Assembly (NCBI RefSeq): GCF_006345805.1
Contig: NC_043006.1
Location: 14,694,001-14,758,000 of the forward strand
Length of the DNA: 64,000 bases
Source: Octopus sinensis
Taxonomy: Eukaryota
Reading direction: 5' to 3'
Shown here: in pieces, positions 37,401 through 52,230 of the stretch
Numbering within the stretch: position 1 is the first letter of the stretch
Layout of the letters: the number at the start of each line of letters is the position of its first letter
Position numbers and translations under genes: made by a program
The notes under the pieces: model-generated
The model's input: the letters and a program-made list of their open reading frames with translations, nothing else
Told to the model about the DNA's origin: nothing
The model's database searches: none

Positions 37401-39950
37401 AATGGCATCCAGCTGTAGAAACATTGCCAGATCAGACTGGGCCTAGTGCAGCCTTCTGGCTTCCCAGACCGCAGTTGAACCATCCAACCCATGCTAGCAT
37501 GGAGAGCAGACGCTAAATGATGATGATGATGATATTGATATATATATGTGCTTAGCAGGGAACACTACTAAAGTAACTTGTGCTACACAACAGAATGCTT
37601 GTAGCAGGCTTCTGCTATGTTGTCATTTTACAACCTGATACCTTAACCTCACAACTAATAGATCTTCATTTACATTGAAAATTATATTAGGAGTTTGAAT
37701 AAGTTCATATTTCACTGATAGAATAACTTCATAAATTTTCTAAGATTTACTGCTTTATTTTCATTGGCCCACTTTAATCATTATTACACTTTTGATACCA
37801 AACCACTTGAGACTACTCCTCGTCCTTTGATACATACTTCTTGTTTTAAAGTGATCTAAATTATAACTTCTTATCAAAATTTCCTCTTAATATACGTTTC
37901 AACACCAATATAATAATCACAAAATTATTTTATTAATCTCTTCGTTATTTTCAAAAGTTATCGAATCAAATGCAGTGTATTTCAATAGAAATATGGTAAC
38001 AAAAGGGTTAAATTTCTTAAGCCTGTGAAAAAGGTTGAATTCTATTTGCGAAGTTCATTAAAAAACATTCGAGTGAGGTTGTTGCCAGAGCCACTGGACT
38101 GGCTCCTGTGCAGGTGACACGTGAAAAACACCATTTGAGTGTGGCTGTTGCCAGTACAGCCTGACTGGCCCTCGTGCCGGTGGCATGTAAAAGCACTCAC
38201 TACACTCTTGGAGTGGTTGGCGTTAGGAAGGGCATCCTGATGTAGAAACTCTGCCAGATCAGATTGGAGCCTGGTGCAGCCATCTGGTTCGCCAGTCCTC
38301 AGTCAAATCGTCCAACCCATGCTAGCATAGAAAGCAGATGTTAAACGATGATGATGATTACATAATAGTTTTTCTTCATCAAATATTGTCAATTTTAAAA
38401 AAATATCAGAATGAAAATGTAATCTTGAAGGAATTATCAATAGAGAACAACTGGTTTATAACAATTAATTTGATTAAAGGAATTTATCATAATTTGTAGA
38501 TTTGGCTTTCTTTTAAGATTTTCTTGGTGAAATATTCATGTGTTGTTTGTGTTCTTGGGTAACATGCTCTAAATTGATTTAAAAAAGAATTTTGTTATTT
38601 TTATTAAAGAGGAATTTTAGTATTGTTGACTGAATTCTTATTAACATTTCTCTTCTCAGGAAATGAAAAACCAGTGCTTTGGTGGTGAATATGTTGGAGA
38701 GGTGTTCGATCATATGATGAAGAGGTTTGTCCCTGCAAATCTTATTTGTTTTAGATATTGATATGTTATGGTGTTGAATGATTTATTTTTGAGGGGCTAA
38801 AAATGTCTTATAAGTAGTAAAATAGGTAAGTTTCTTATGAGGCTATTTGAAATATTTAAATATTCAGTTAATAGTCAGCTGAGGACTTCGGAAAATATAT
38901 TTGTTCATATTAAATGTAAATATGGAAATGAGCATTTTTTTCCCTTATATTGATGCAATACAGTACTGGACCAAATATCCAGGAATCTTAAAACTTAAAG
39001 TGGCCTGGATTTCTGGATTCTTTTGTTTTCTGGAGACAGCCTAAATATATACTTGAATTATAAAAAGTAAAGAACTAAATTGTATTTAACAAATTCAAAT
39101 TAATGCACTTCTAAAGTGGGATCTATTTGTTATTAATCCATTTAAAATGTGGCATACTGCTCAATGAAATATTTATAGGATGAAAATTAAGTGAAGAAAA
39201 GGAGAGAAAACTATTTTGTTTAACAGACACAGGTACAAATTGTTACACTTTTTGAAGAAGTGTATGTTTAATCTTTATCAATCCACATAACAAAAATAAT
39301 GAATAAAATGATATTTAAAGTTGGTATGCAGATTAACCAACTTTAAAGTACAGGATATTGTGCATGTTATTACTAGATTTCTGGAAGCCAGTTAAGAGGT
39401 CAGTTACTGTATAAAAATGAATTGAATGTGATTTGTTTTGTTCAATATGGAAGTCGTATTATAATTTTAAATTAAAAAAAAACAATTTTTTCTTTTTCAC
39501 TTTATCAAATTTTAATATCTTGGTAATGTCATAGTGCTCTTTTCTATCTTTTATTTCTGTTTTCGTTTATTTCTTTTTTTATAATTTGAACTTGATTTTA
39601 TCGTGTTGCTATAGGATGTCTTACAGGCGACAGAAGCGATGGTGGAATGCCTATATATTGTTCTATGAACGGATAGAACCTCAAGATGACTTAGCCGAGG
39701 TCTCAAAAAGAGTACTGGACCTCACAAGTAAGATTCAGTTTTCAATCATGCATCATTGAAAGTTTAATGTTTACTCTTGTTTCATACATCTTCAGTGTCC
39801 ATAAATTCAAAATAGTAATATATTACTATAGGTACAGGCATAGCTGTGTGGTAAAACGTTTTCTTCCTAGCCACTTGGTCCTTGGTTCAGTCCCTTTACA
39901 TGGACCAAAACCTTGCAAGTGGATTTAGTTGATGGAAACTGTTTAGAGGC

Positions 39951-40025
<75 letters not shown>

Positions 40026-43000
40026 GTGCCAAAAGTTTGGGACACTTTTTAAGAAATTAAAATTGTTATGCTGGTGGCACGTAAAAAAGCACCCACTACA
40101 CTCATGGAGTGGTTGGCGTTAGGAAGGGCATTCAGCCGTAGAAACATTGCCAAATCAGACTGGGCCTGGTGCAGCCTTCTGGCTTCCCAGACCCCAGTTG
40201 AACCGTCCAACCATGCTAGCATGGAAAGCGGACGCTAAATGATGATGATCATGATGATGATATGCCCAAGTACAATTTGATTCAAATATATATACAATGT
40301 TTATATTTGGACATTTAATATAAAAATTCTAATTTTCAGACCTACGTTCCAAACTTTTGGTCACAACTGTATATACAAACACATACAAAATCCTAGGACA
40401 TGGATACACAATCAAGTTTATGCAATTACAGAAGTATACACAAAAGTATTAGGTATTGCATATCTTACTCATGGAGTATGAAGTTAGGACAAATCTAAGA
40501 ACCTTTTACATAAGCACTTGAAACAGTCCTCAGTTGTGCATTGAATGTACATAGGGATAATAAAAAATATTAAATAATAGAAATTTCATTCCGTTTTTAA
40601 TTAAAGAGGACAGAAAATTAATTTTTTCTCAAAAATTTTACACCCAAACTTTTAAAATAATTTTAAAATAAAGTGACATTTCCATTTGCAAAATATTAAA
40701 TTTAAAGCAATTTGCTTTTCAATGGTGTATGTGTATATGCATTTAATATACTACACAGATAGCAAATTTAACTTAATGCTCTTTCAGATGGATTATTCCC
40801 TGTTTCCTGTATATATAAAACTGGTTTTAACACATGTCCATAGAGAAATTTTCTGTCTCAGAAAAAAATTGCAGCACCATTTCTTTCAACAGTTTATATA
40901 CATTTAGTATGATATATAGGTAGCAGCTTTAAATTAGTCAATGTATACATATTGGTATATTTTAGTAAATAATTTTAAATGACTTCCAGATTAATAAGAA
41001 TCTTTCTTAAATGACTTCCTTTCAGTTTCAAGGCAAGAGAGGTTAAAGATGCCTGCTGCAATTGAGCGCTGCGTTCGGCGGCAAAACATCCTTTTCATGC
41101 ACGAGAAGAACCAATTTTCACCCGAATATTTTCAATTCATGAAAAAATTTCTCATGTGCAATGCTCCATTTTTATCTATCCCTTGTCCACAGGATAGGCT
41201 GGTGAGATATAAAAAAGTTTGTTTTTTCACCCCCACCACCATTTATTTGAATTGAAATTCCTTTTGTAACAGAAAGACAGTAGAACTTGGCACAGTCTTT
41301 GGACATGTCACCTCCTGTCAAACCATCCAACCCATGCCAGCATGGAAAATGGATGTTAAATGATGATGATGATGATGATTGGGAAAGCTTCAGTAATAAG
41401 GCACCAGACTAGATGCTTTACAAGATTTATATAATAATAATAATAATGAAATTATTGTATACAGTGCTCAGGTGCACCACGACTTGTCAGAAAGTGCTTA
41501 TAAAGCATATGAAGTAATGTAAAAAATGTCTGGAAAGCGAACAATGTATGAATCAGATACATGCTTGTGCGTGTATGGAGGGGAGAAAATCAGGTGTAGT
41601 GTTGGCGAATCTCAGGAAGCATGGAAGTTTTGAAGGATGCAGTGCTCCGACAACTAACAACTGATGCCGGCAGTTTGTTCCATGCTTCAGCAACTCTCAG
41701 CGTGAAAAAAATGTTTCCTGAAGTCATGGGAGCTGTGCTGTTTTCTGACTTTGTAAATATGTCCACGGGTGTTAGATGGGTGGAGTTTGAAAAGGTGCTC
41801 AGAGTTATTGTTTGTACGATGGTTGATAATTTTATGGGTGTCTGCCAAGTCAGCTGCCAGACGTCGGAGTTTCAATGTATCCATGTAGTGATTTTTCTGG
41901 GACTAATTAAAAACAAAAAGTTACCAGAAATATGTAAGATTCATCCACAAAAGTGACTTTCTGCTTAATTTAAAAACAAAAGTTTCTATTATATTGCTAA
42001 ATTAAAAAAAAAATTATTTAAACAAATTGTTGAAGTACCAAGTATTTGATCTATAAACAGCATTGCCATATAATCATAGTTATCCATGCCTCGTACCTGT
42101 TTTTAGAATGGGTACACTGTGTTCCTGCATGTCATTAGATGTGACTTAAAGGGCTGGCATCAGAAATTGCATCTGGCCTAAAACATTACGTCTCCGAAAG
42201 TCCTGTCTGGCATTTACCATCGTGGAAATACGGATTATTAAGAAAAATGATGTGCTTTAAAAAAGCAAAAAAAAAAAATAAAAGGCTCTTCCTTATCACT
42301 GTTAACATTTTTAGTATTTCATAGATATATATTTTGTCAAATACTTGTTTCTTTAACTTTTTCCAGTGTTCAAAATTTCTCGAGTAGTTTGTAGTTCTAA
42401 CACTCATGTTAGACGACATATTTTTGGGTATGTAATGGGATCAATTTTCTCTGGTTGTGAAGGTGTTAAAGAGAAAATCAGTGTCTTTACGTTCAAATCT
42501 CGGCAAGAGAAACAGACGGTCCTTGTTTTGAAGTAATTTGAGTGAATTAAAGAAGTCAGTTAAACCAGAAGCATTAACAGTGTGGCTTGTAAAGATTTCT
42601 ATCTTCCTCTTTCGTTAAAATTAATTAGAATATTTACCATATTATTTAAAGGGCCGCTTGTTAGGGCATTAGCTATTTTGTTTTCTAAAGCAGCAATTTT
42701 CAGTTGCTCTTTTAATGTTCTTAGTTGACAAAAATTGATATTAACTTATTGCTAGACATTTAATATTAAGTGGGTGTTTTTTGTTTAAATATTAATACTG
42801 AATTTTTTTTTAAGCCTGCTGATGCTGAACAAATGGCCTTAATCAGTGTTGAGCTGGGATCAAAATTTTTATTCACTGTTGGTTTTCATACCAAGAAGTC
42901 TTTACGGTGAGAACTTTTATATTTATCGTGTATCACTGAATTAGTCTATAAAATAAGTTATTGATTATTCATAGACTTGAGCTTTCAATACATTATCGTT

Positions 43001-46000
43001 TTACTTTATCAAAGAAAATATTTTTTTGCCATATCATAGGCACAGGTATGACTGTGTGGTAACAATCTTGTTCCCTTATCACATGGTTCCAGGTTCAGTC
43101 CCACTGTGTGGCACCTTGGGCAAGTCTCTTTTTCTATAGCCTCAGACCAATCAAAGCCTTGTGAGTGGATTTGGTAGACAGCAACTGAAAGAAGCCTGTT
43201 GTATATATGTATATATCTGAATTTTTGTCTGTTTCTTCCACTCCACCCCTTGACAACTGGTTTTGGTGTGTTTATATCCCCATAACTTAGCAGTTTGGCA
43301 AAAGAGACTGGTAGAATGAATACCAGGCTTTAAAACAAACAAACAAACAAAAACTGGGGTCGATTTGTTCAACTAAAACACTTCAGTGTGGTGACCCACC
43401 ATACCTGCAGTCAAATGACTGAAACAATTAAAAGATAAAAGATATAGATCCTAACAATTAAACTCCCAAGAAACTGAAAATGAAATATGATGATAGTTTG
43501 AATATAAGTTTTCGTAGATTATTTCCTTGTGACATGCTTTTAAGCGTTTTGATTAAGATGGTTGTTTTTTTAATTTCATAATCTGCTGTTTAGTTTGTTG
43601 TCTTAATGCCAGCTACAGTTGTATTTAAATATCTTAAGAAAGCTTTTGATAGTTGTAAAGAAACTGATAAATGGTGAATCATTGTAGAAATGTAGATCTA
43701 GAAATATTCTTGTTACAAAAATGTCAGAGTTTATTGATTGTAAAAATTGGATTTCTACTGAAGTGGCTCAGTTTACTATCCAAAACGATAAATTGTTTTT
43801 AAATTTCACCAAACTATTACGAGAATTATTTTTAAAAACAATATAGTTTAATTATGCCATTCAGTCAGAGAGACTTTTAAGATGTTCTGAATAGTAAAGT
43901 GGCATACTATAGTTTTGTACAGTAATTTGAAGCTTGTTGACAAAATCAAGGTCATGTTTTAGGACTTAAAATTTTGTGATTAAATCCATGATAGATAATA
44001 AATAGGAATACTTGTAATTAGTCTTAATATCCGACTTCAGTTTCTCTTTAGAAATTTTAAGTGTTTTGTGACATTCTTAATTGCAGAGGTCCGGCCAATG
44101 AATGGTATGATGCATTGTGTATCCATATGAGAAACAGCAAATCTGTGCGCAGCTGGTTTGTGCATAATGTTTTATTTGCTCATACTAATCGCTTTGCAGA
44201 ATACCTTTTGGAATGCCCCAGTTCAGAGGTGAGTTCAGGAATTAGCATAACAAACTACTTAATTAATTCATTTTTGTTTATATTTAATTTTATATAATTC
44301 ATAGACTTAATTATATCAATATATAATATCAGAAATGTTAGCATGCTGGGCAAAATGCTTTGTGGTATTTCATCTGCTGCTGTGTTCTGAGTTCAAATTC
44401 CGCCGAGGTCGACTTTGCCTTTCATTCTTTTGGGGTCGATAAATTAAGTACCAGTTACGCACTGGGGTCAATGTAATCGACTTAATCCGTTTGTCTGTCC
44501 TTGTTTGTCCCCTTGTGGGTAGTAAAGAAATGGGTATTTAATTTAAGAATATTAACACTAGTATGTTTCTCCACATGGTGATTATTAGATTCACTTATTT
44601 AACAAATGTATTTCCTTCAGTGTTAGAATTTTATGGATTATTTTACTGTATAAAGTTGTTTTATGAAATAGTTGGAGAGGTAATTGCCTTCAAGACCATT
44701 TAACATTTAAATTTTCTTTTTCTTAGAAATATTGAATTTCTAAATGTCTCAAAGAGACATGAGGGAGGTGAAGCGATAGAGTGGTTGTGTACTGTCAGCA
44801 TAACATGAGTCCCGTAGAGGGAATTACACCACCGCTATTTATCCTTATATCTGCGAAGGGGAGGCAAGCACCCCCACCAGCTAGGACTAGCAAAGGACAC
44901 AGGAAATGTGTCAAAGCCAACAGGAAGCGTCGATGCTTCCTAGGGCTAAATAGCGGTGGTGTAATTCCCTTTACGGGACTGTCATGTTATGTTGACAGTA
45001 TACAACCACTCTTTTCTTTTTCTGTTTAGGGAAATATTTCAGTTTTGAAATATCTCTAGCTACAGTTTTTGTGAGGAGTTCATTAGTTTTATTTTTCTTT
45101 AAATATTACAATCTTTAAAACCACTATTTTTTCATTTATTCTTTTTAATATCAGAATAAAAAAAAAAAAACAACATCAATTGTATTTCATATATTTTGTT
45201 ATTTAATTTAAACAGTAGATTAACTTGAAGGAAAATTGAATAAACTCTTGTATCTGGTGTTTTCTCTTCAGGTACGAGGAGCATTTGCGAAAATGCTGGT
45301 TTTTCTTGCTCATTATACTTTGCAAGATGGACCATGTCCTTCTCCATTTATTCAGGGTAAGTTCAATATTTTTGATAACAAATTCACTTTGCCATTTCCT
45401 TCATGCCTAGAATAATATCATTTAAGCAAAATTATAAAAATAATAAAAGAAAAAAAAAATCTTTATCTTTTGATTTAATAATTTCCTATTGTTAAAAATG
45501 GCCAACTACTGACAACTCAGGATTTTTCATCATCCTTTAACATCTGTCCTCTATGCTGGTATGAGTTGGACAGTTTGATAGGACCCCAAAGAGCCACTGG
45601 ACTGTGTCAAGCTCCAACGTCAGTTTTGGATGAATGCCCTTCTTAACACCAACCACTTTACAATGTGTACTGGGTGCTTTTTTTTTTTTTTGTGCCACCA
45701 GCAATAGTGGGTCACCGAGTAACTTGGAAGACAAGAAAGGGAAAAAGCTTTCTAGACTGAGTGGTGATGGTAGGGTTGTACTTGGGAGAGGAGGAAGTGG
45801 CTCTATGCCTTAAATAAAGAGGCTTTTCAGTGTTGTAATTATAAAATGCATATAGAAAGAATGTATTGTAATTCATCTAAAGAATTAATATATTCTCATT
45901 AAAGTAAAAATCTGATAGATGGCTATTTAATTTAATGTTCTTCAGTTGTGTAGATTGGATTTTTATTCAGCCTGGTGGCTATTCACAATATCACTCTTAC

Positions 46001-49000
46001 GTATATATTGCTTTTTTAACACAGCACACCTGTAAGAGATTTTATCTTAGATGAAAACTACAGTATCTTAGCTGCCCCCCCCACTCTCTCTCTCTCTCTC
46101 TTAAAGATGAGAATGTGTGTGTGTCTGTGTGAATCCCTAAAACCTGAGAACTACACAACCAATTTCATTTAAATTTTACACATGCCTTACTTAGGGTCCA
46201 TGTAGTGTCATAAGCCAAAAATAATTTTTAACTTCTTGCCTAGTGCAAGCTCAGAGCAATATAATATCTCCTCCACTATTTCAGTATTATTACGTGTCAA
46301 AAGTGAAACATCTCTATTGTAATGTCAGATATTTTCACTTTGATAGTTTCACTTTAATACTGAAACTATTATCTCACGTATATACAGACATACATGTATA
46401 TAATATATATATGAAGTGCATATATATATATAAGCCTTTGAGTCTTTTTATTATTACTGGGTCACACATAGTCCTCAGATGGTAACATTGATTTCAAGGC
46501 CTTCCCAAATGAGTGACTGGTTATTCAAAGACATTTATAGATTGTAAATTTATTCTGTCCAGTTTCCCTAACGGTATAGTGATCATTTGCAAACTCCAGA
46601 GGGGACACTTTAATTTCCTCTTAGCCCTCATGTCACACACTTGTTAATGTTTATTTGAGTTGGGTCACACCCTTCCAATTGTTATAGATCCATAATGCAT
46701 CTTACGGCTGTGCCTGTCACCTGGATGGTGAGGAATTCTACATTGGGGAGTGGTAACGACTAGGGTAGGGTAGCTGACTGCTTATTGTGATCATTTGTCT
46801 TTTGGTTTCCTGTAGCTTTGCTCTCTTTTACAAACCCAGTGAACATATATTTCCTATTTCAAAGAAATTCGAACAATAGATATAAGACCCAAGTTAACTC
46901 CCACATTTTAGAGCTCAATGACCTCCATTTTTCAGGAGCAAAATCCTTTTAACAGGTTCCATAAGACTAGAATTTTGGAATCTGCACATAAAGATCAGTA
47001 GTATGGGATACATGTGTCATGATTAGAATCTTTTAAGGTGTGTAAAGAGGGAAAGAACCCTCATCTGCAATTTTGATGAAATTTGAATCGTAGGTATTCC
47101 AGTTCATTAGAGAAAATATAACAGAAAAGTCCAATTCTTCAATTGCATGTAACACGGGCAACGCTGGGTCTCTCTACTAGTGTATAAATATATATATATA
47201 TATATATATGTACACAACGTCATGTTTCAGATAGTGATTTGAACATATTGACTTAAATATCAAATGATGGGAAATAGTGATAGAAAAATAGTTTCATCTC
47301 AATTGGAAAAATTCACTTGAACATTTAAAACTGTTGAATGTCACTTCAGATAGAAATTGTTATTTTTCTTCTATAAACTGTGAACGTTGTCTTTTATTTG
47401 TTTCTAGTTGGCCAAGCCACTGATCCAAGTGCTACACTTAGTGATCACTTGTTGACAGAGATCCTGAATCTGCTGAAAAAGGAAGTGTCTGAGCATGGAA
47501 GGCACCTGCAACAGTATTTTAATCTCTTTCTCCTTTACTCCAATCTTGGCACAGAAGAAGTAAGTATAGTCGTTGTCATCATCATCATTTTTATGTCTGC
47601 TTTTCCCGGTTGGAATGGGTTGGGTGAGTTGTTACAGACCAAGTCCTTATTGAGACTTATTTGTCCTCCTTGATTGGTTAGAGACCACATCCATTTTTGG
47701 TATGTTTTCTATAACAGGATGCCCTTCCCATTACCAGCTACTTTACAGAGTGTACTGGATGCATTTTATCATGCCACCAGCACTTCAGAGGTTGCTTGGG
47801 AAGATCAAAGGATTTTCATCCCTAAATGTCACTCTACAGTATAGAGTAGCCTGGATTTATTTCATTGTGGCATCAATACTACGAAGGGCATCTTGCCCCT
47901 ATTCTACCGTATTTTTGTTCTCTAGCACCAGAGGATAGAAGAGAAAACAATGAAAGAGGGGGGCAGAGTGAGAGTGTTAGTGGGAGCATGATAGACAGCT
48001 GCATGATGATTGTTGCTAAGAAGATACAATTGCATGTGTGTATAAATCATCACCATTTAATGTCTGTTTTCCATGCTGGCATGGGTTGAATGTTTAGATA
48101 AGATGTGGTGTGTCGGAGGACTGTGTCAAGCTCCAGTGTTTGCTTTGGAAAATGGTTTCTATAGCTGAATGACCTTTCTAAAGCCTACCACTTTTGCAGC
48201 ATTGGTACTAGTGAGGTCAACAAGTAACTTGCGTGACAAAAGCCCTTGATTGAGTGGGGGGTGGGAGGGTGTAGTCTTGCGAGAGGTGGATTTATTCCAA
48301 GTGTTGAAAGGCCAAAATATGATAGCGAGACAGGCACAGGTGTCTTGTTGTAGTGAAGGCACATGGCTTAGTGGTTAGGGCATTCGGTTCACGATTGTAA
48401 GGTCGTAAGTTCAATTTCCAGTGACACATTGTGTCCTTGAGCAAAATACTTTATTTCACATTGCTCCAGTCCACTCAGCTGGCGAAAATGAATAGTACCT
48501 GTATTTCAAAGGGCCAGCCTTGTTACACTCCATGCCATGCTGAATCTCCCTGAGAACTATGTTAAGGGTGCTCATTCCTGTGGAGTGCTCAGCCACTTGC
48601 ACATTAATTTCACGAGCAAGCTGTTCTGTTGATCGTATCAGATGGGCCTCTTGCTGTCATAACTGACGGTGAGCTCATATATATATATATAACATACACA
48701 CCGCTATATGTAATTTTTCCACGTAAAACAAGGTTTGTGTTTCCCTTTGGTTACAAGGTGGTATTATTTATTTGTTTCTGGCTGAGGTTATTCTGACCAG
48801 ATTTCTTTAGAAGGATACCAGCTATTATTATTGAGTCGTGAATTTGTAACATATGGCAATCCCTGAACAAAACATTCTAGTCTCATTTGATATATTTAAC
48901 CTAATAGTGGGGGTTTTTTTTTTTTTTTTTTTTTGCAATAAGCTTATCCATTTTAAGTTAAAAAGTGTCTTCACATCACATTGAAAATTTGAATTCTTGT

Positions 49001-52000
49001 TCCCTTTTGAGACAAACTTGCCTGGTACTGCTTCTAGTTCTACCATGCAAAATATTGAATCTCTTCGTATTTAAATGAAAAGCTTTTATCATAATTTTAT
49101 TTAAGAATCACTCACACACACACACACACACACACACGTTCTAAACAGTAGTTGAATGTGGTGAAATTATTTTATGAAATCTCTTGGAATATTTATATTA
49201 TTTCCAAAATTGATTGAACCACATGGACTTTGTCTTATTATATTAGAAATACAATTACAAAAGGCTTAAATCATTTAAGCTAATGCAAGGATTCCAGTTA
49301 TAGAAGAGGTTGATTTATAATTGCTATTATTTTATCTGAATAAATACATATGGCTGCAGTTTCTTTTTGAGAGTTTGTTGTTATATACACATATAAAGGT
49401 GGTGTTCCAGCATGGCCACAGTCGAATGACTGAAACAAGTAAATGAGTATATATAGTTATGTAACCACTGTATCAGCAAACATCCACCAGAGCTATGTAA
49501 TTCTATGAATTAATGAAATGAATTTTTACTAAAAAATATTCCATAAATTTTGTGTAAAAAAAAAAGTGAATTCATTTGATTTTTCTTTCTTTGATTGCAG
49601 AAGCAACAGCTGTTGAGGTTAAATGTTCCTGCTCAGTTCATGTTGGTGGCTCTTGACGAAGGCCCAGGACCTGCCATCAAGTACCAGTATGCTGATCTGA
49701 GTAAACTTTTCTCTGTTGTTTCTCACCTAACGCGTTGCTGTGATGTGTCAGCCAAATGTCAGTCATCAGTCAATGTAAGAACCAATTATTTTATGATTTA
49801 GCATTTTTTAAACTGCTTTTTTCTTTCATTTCTTTTATTTTCATTAATTTAGTCTTCATTTATCCTGATGACACTTGTAGAAAAATTAGACTACCACTTC
49901 CATAAAACTACAATCTTATGAGCTCTTTCTTTCTTAAATCAAATTTGATTTTCTTCAGGTTAAATGTGTAACAATTTAGGGTTACAATTGAACTATTAAC
50001 AGGTTTTTAACTGTACAAGCCTGAAGATACTGAGATTCAGTTTTTCATTAACATTAACCCTTTTGATACCTACCTGCCCAAGATTGCCATAGTTTTATCA
50101 TACAAACTTCCTGTTTTTTAATTGATCTAAAACCTTTCTTAAATTACCCACTAATTTGTGTTCCAGACATCAACTTAATGACAAAAGCTATTTCACCAAA
50201 TTCTTCATGATTTATAGTTACAAATATTATAACAAAAGGGTTAATGATATATCAGAAACTTATAATAATTTGTTAAAAATTAGTTATGTCCTGAGCATTT
50301 AGCTGTGAGGTTAAGATGCAAGTCTGTAGACCATATGATCATGAATTTAAGTTTTGTTATATGTTGTATACTTGAACCAGTTACATCATTCTGCTTGCCA
50401 CTTGTCCGTATAGTTTTCTGAGATACCGCTCCTGTTTCATGAATAATTTATTTTAATAACTTTAAGTAGATAATCTTATTCCTAAACTTTTTGTTCTACT
50501 TATATGGGAATATTCAAATTTTTTAACCCTTTAGTATGATATTCTTCGTATTCTTTGTAGTGTAAGTTGTATGAATTTTTATGGCAACAACATTTAAGTG
50601 GATTGTAACCAATGACTGTTTTGTGAATCCTTTCTGTGAGTTTTCGTTTCATGCTTTATTTCAGGGTTCATCTCCTTTAGCCAATCCGCATGGTGACCCT
50701 ACATGTTGTGCCTCACTCATGCCTATACAAACTCAGGTAGCTGATATATTGTATAACAGATCCAGCTATGTTAAAAAGGTCATTGAAGATTGTAATAACT
50801 CTGAGGACACAACAAAGTTGCTGAGGGTGAGTAAGATTTTGCTTTCTCTTCTACATTTTATATGTTTACTAGCATGGTGAAATATATTATTGTGTGCCCC
50901 CGTGCCAGTGGCACGTAAAAAGCACCATCCGATCATGGCCGTTTGCCAGCCTCATCTGGCACCTGTGCAGGTGGCATGTAAAAAGCACTATCCGATCATG
51001 GCCGTTTGCCAGCCTCATCTGGCACCTGTGCAGGTGGCATGTAAAAAGCACCCACTACACTCACGGAGTGGTTGGCGTTAGGAAGGGCATCCAGCTGTAG
51101 AAACACTGCCAGATCAGACTGGGCCTGGCACAGCCTTCTGGCTTCCCAGACTCCAGTTGAACCGTCCAACCCATGCTAGCATGGGAAGCGGACGTTAAAC
51201 AACGATGATGATGTGAATGTGTGTGCACATCCACTATGCATCAACCTCAGGATTTGAGAGACGGGGTATGTTGGATATCTACACCATCATCATTTAATAT
51301 CCACTTTTCTTCGCTTACATGGGTCAGGCAGATTTTCTACAGCTGGATGCTCTCCCTGTCACCAATCCTCACCTATTTTCAGAGCGAGGTAATATTTCTT
51401 CGTGGATGAAGGTGGCAAGCTGGTAGATTCATTAGCACGCCAGGCTTGGTGGCATTTCGTCCATGTTTATGTTTTGAGTAAATTTCACTGAAGTCGACTT
51501 TGCTTTTGTCCTTTTGGGGGTTGATAAAATAAGTGCCAGCTAGCACCAGGGTCCATGTAATTGACTTATCCACTCTCCCAAAATTACTGGCCTTGTGCAA
51601 AAATTTTAAGCTAATATTTCTCCATGGTTTGACAGGTTCTTTGCAGAAGACTGGAAATGAATAACACCGCTTGTGTGGTGGTGATGCTCATTTACAACAA
51701 TCATTAGATGTCAAGACAAGAACACACACACACACACGTATATGTACACATGTATGTGTCCTTGTCTTGACATCATGTAATGGTTGTTCAACAAACTAGT
51801 GATGGTTTTCATTTCCAATTTTCCATGGAAACATGGTTGGCCATTGGGAAAATATCACCTTGGTTGGAAACAGGTGGGAGTTGCTGACAAGAAGGGCATC
51901 CAGCTGTAGAGAATCTGTCTTGGCAAGTATGGAAAAGTGGGCATTTAAAATGATAGTGGTGATTGATATACCCATACATATATATTCTCTTATTCCAGTC

Positions 52001-52189
52001 ATTTGACTGCGATCATGCTGGAGCCCCGCTTTTAGTCAAACAAATTGACCCCAGAACTTATTCTTTGTAAGCCTAGTACTTATTCTATTGGTCTCTTTTG
52101 CTGAATTGCTAAGTTACGGGGACGCAAACACACCAACATCGGTTGTCAAGTGATGGTGCAGTAGGACAAACAGACACACAAACATATAC

Positions 52190-52230
<41 letters not shown>

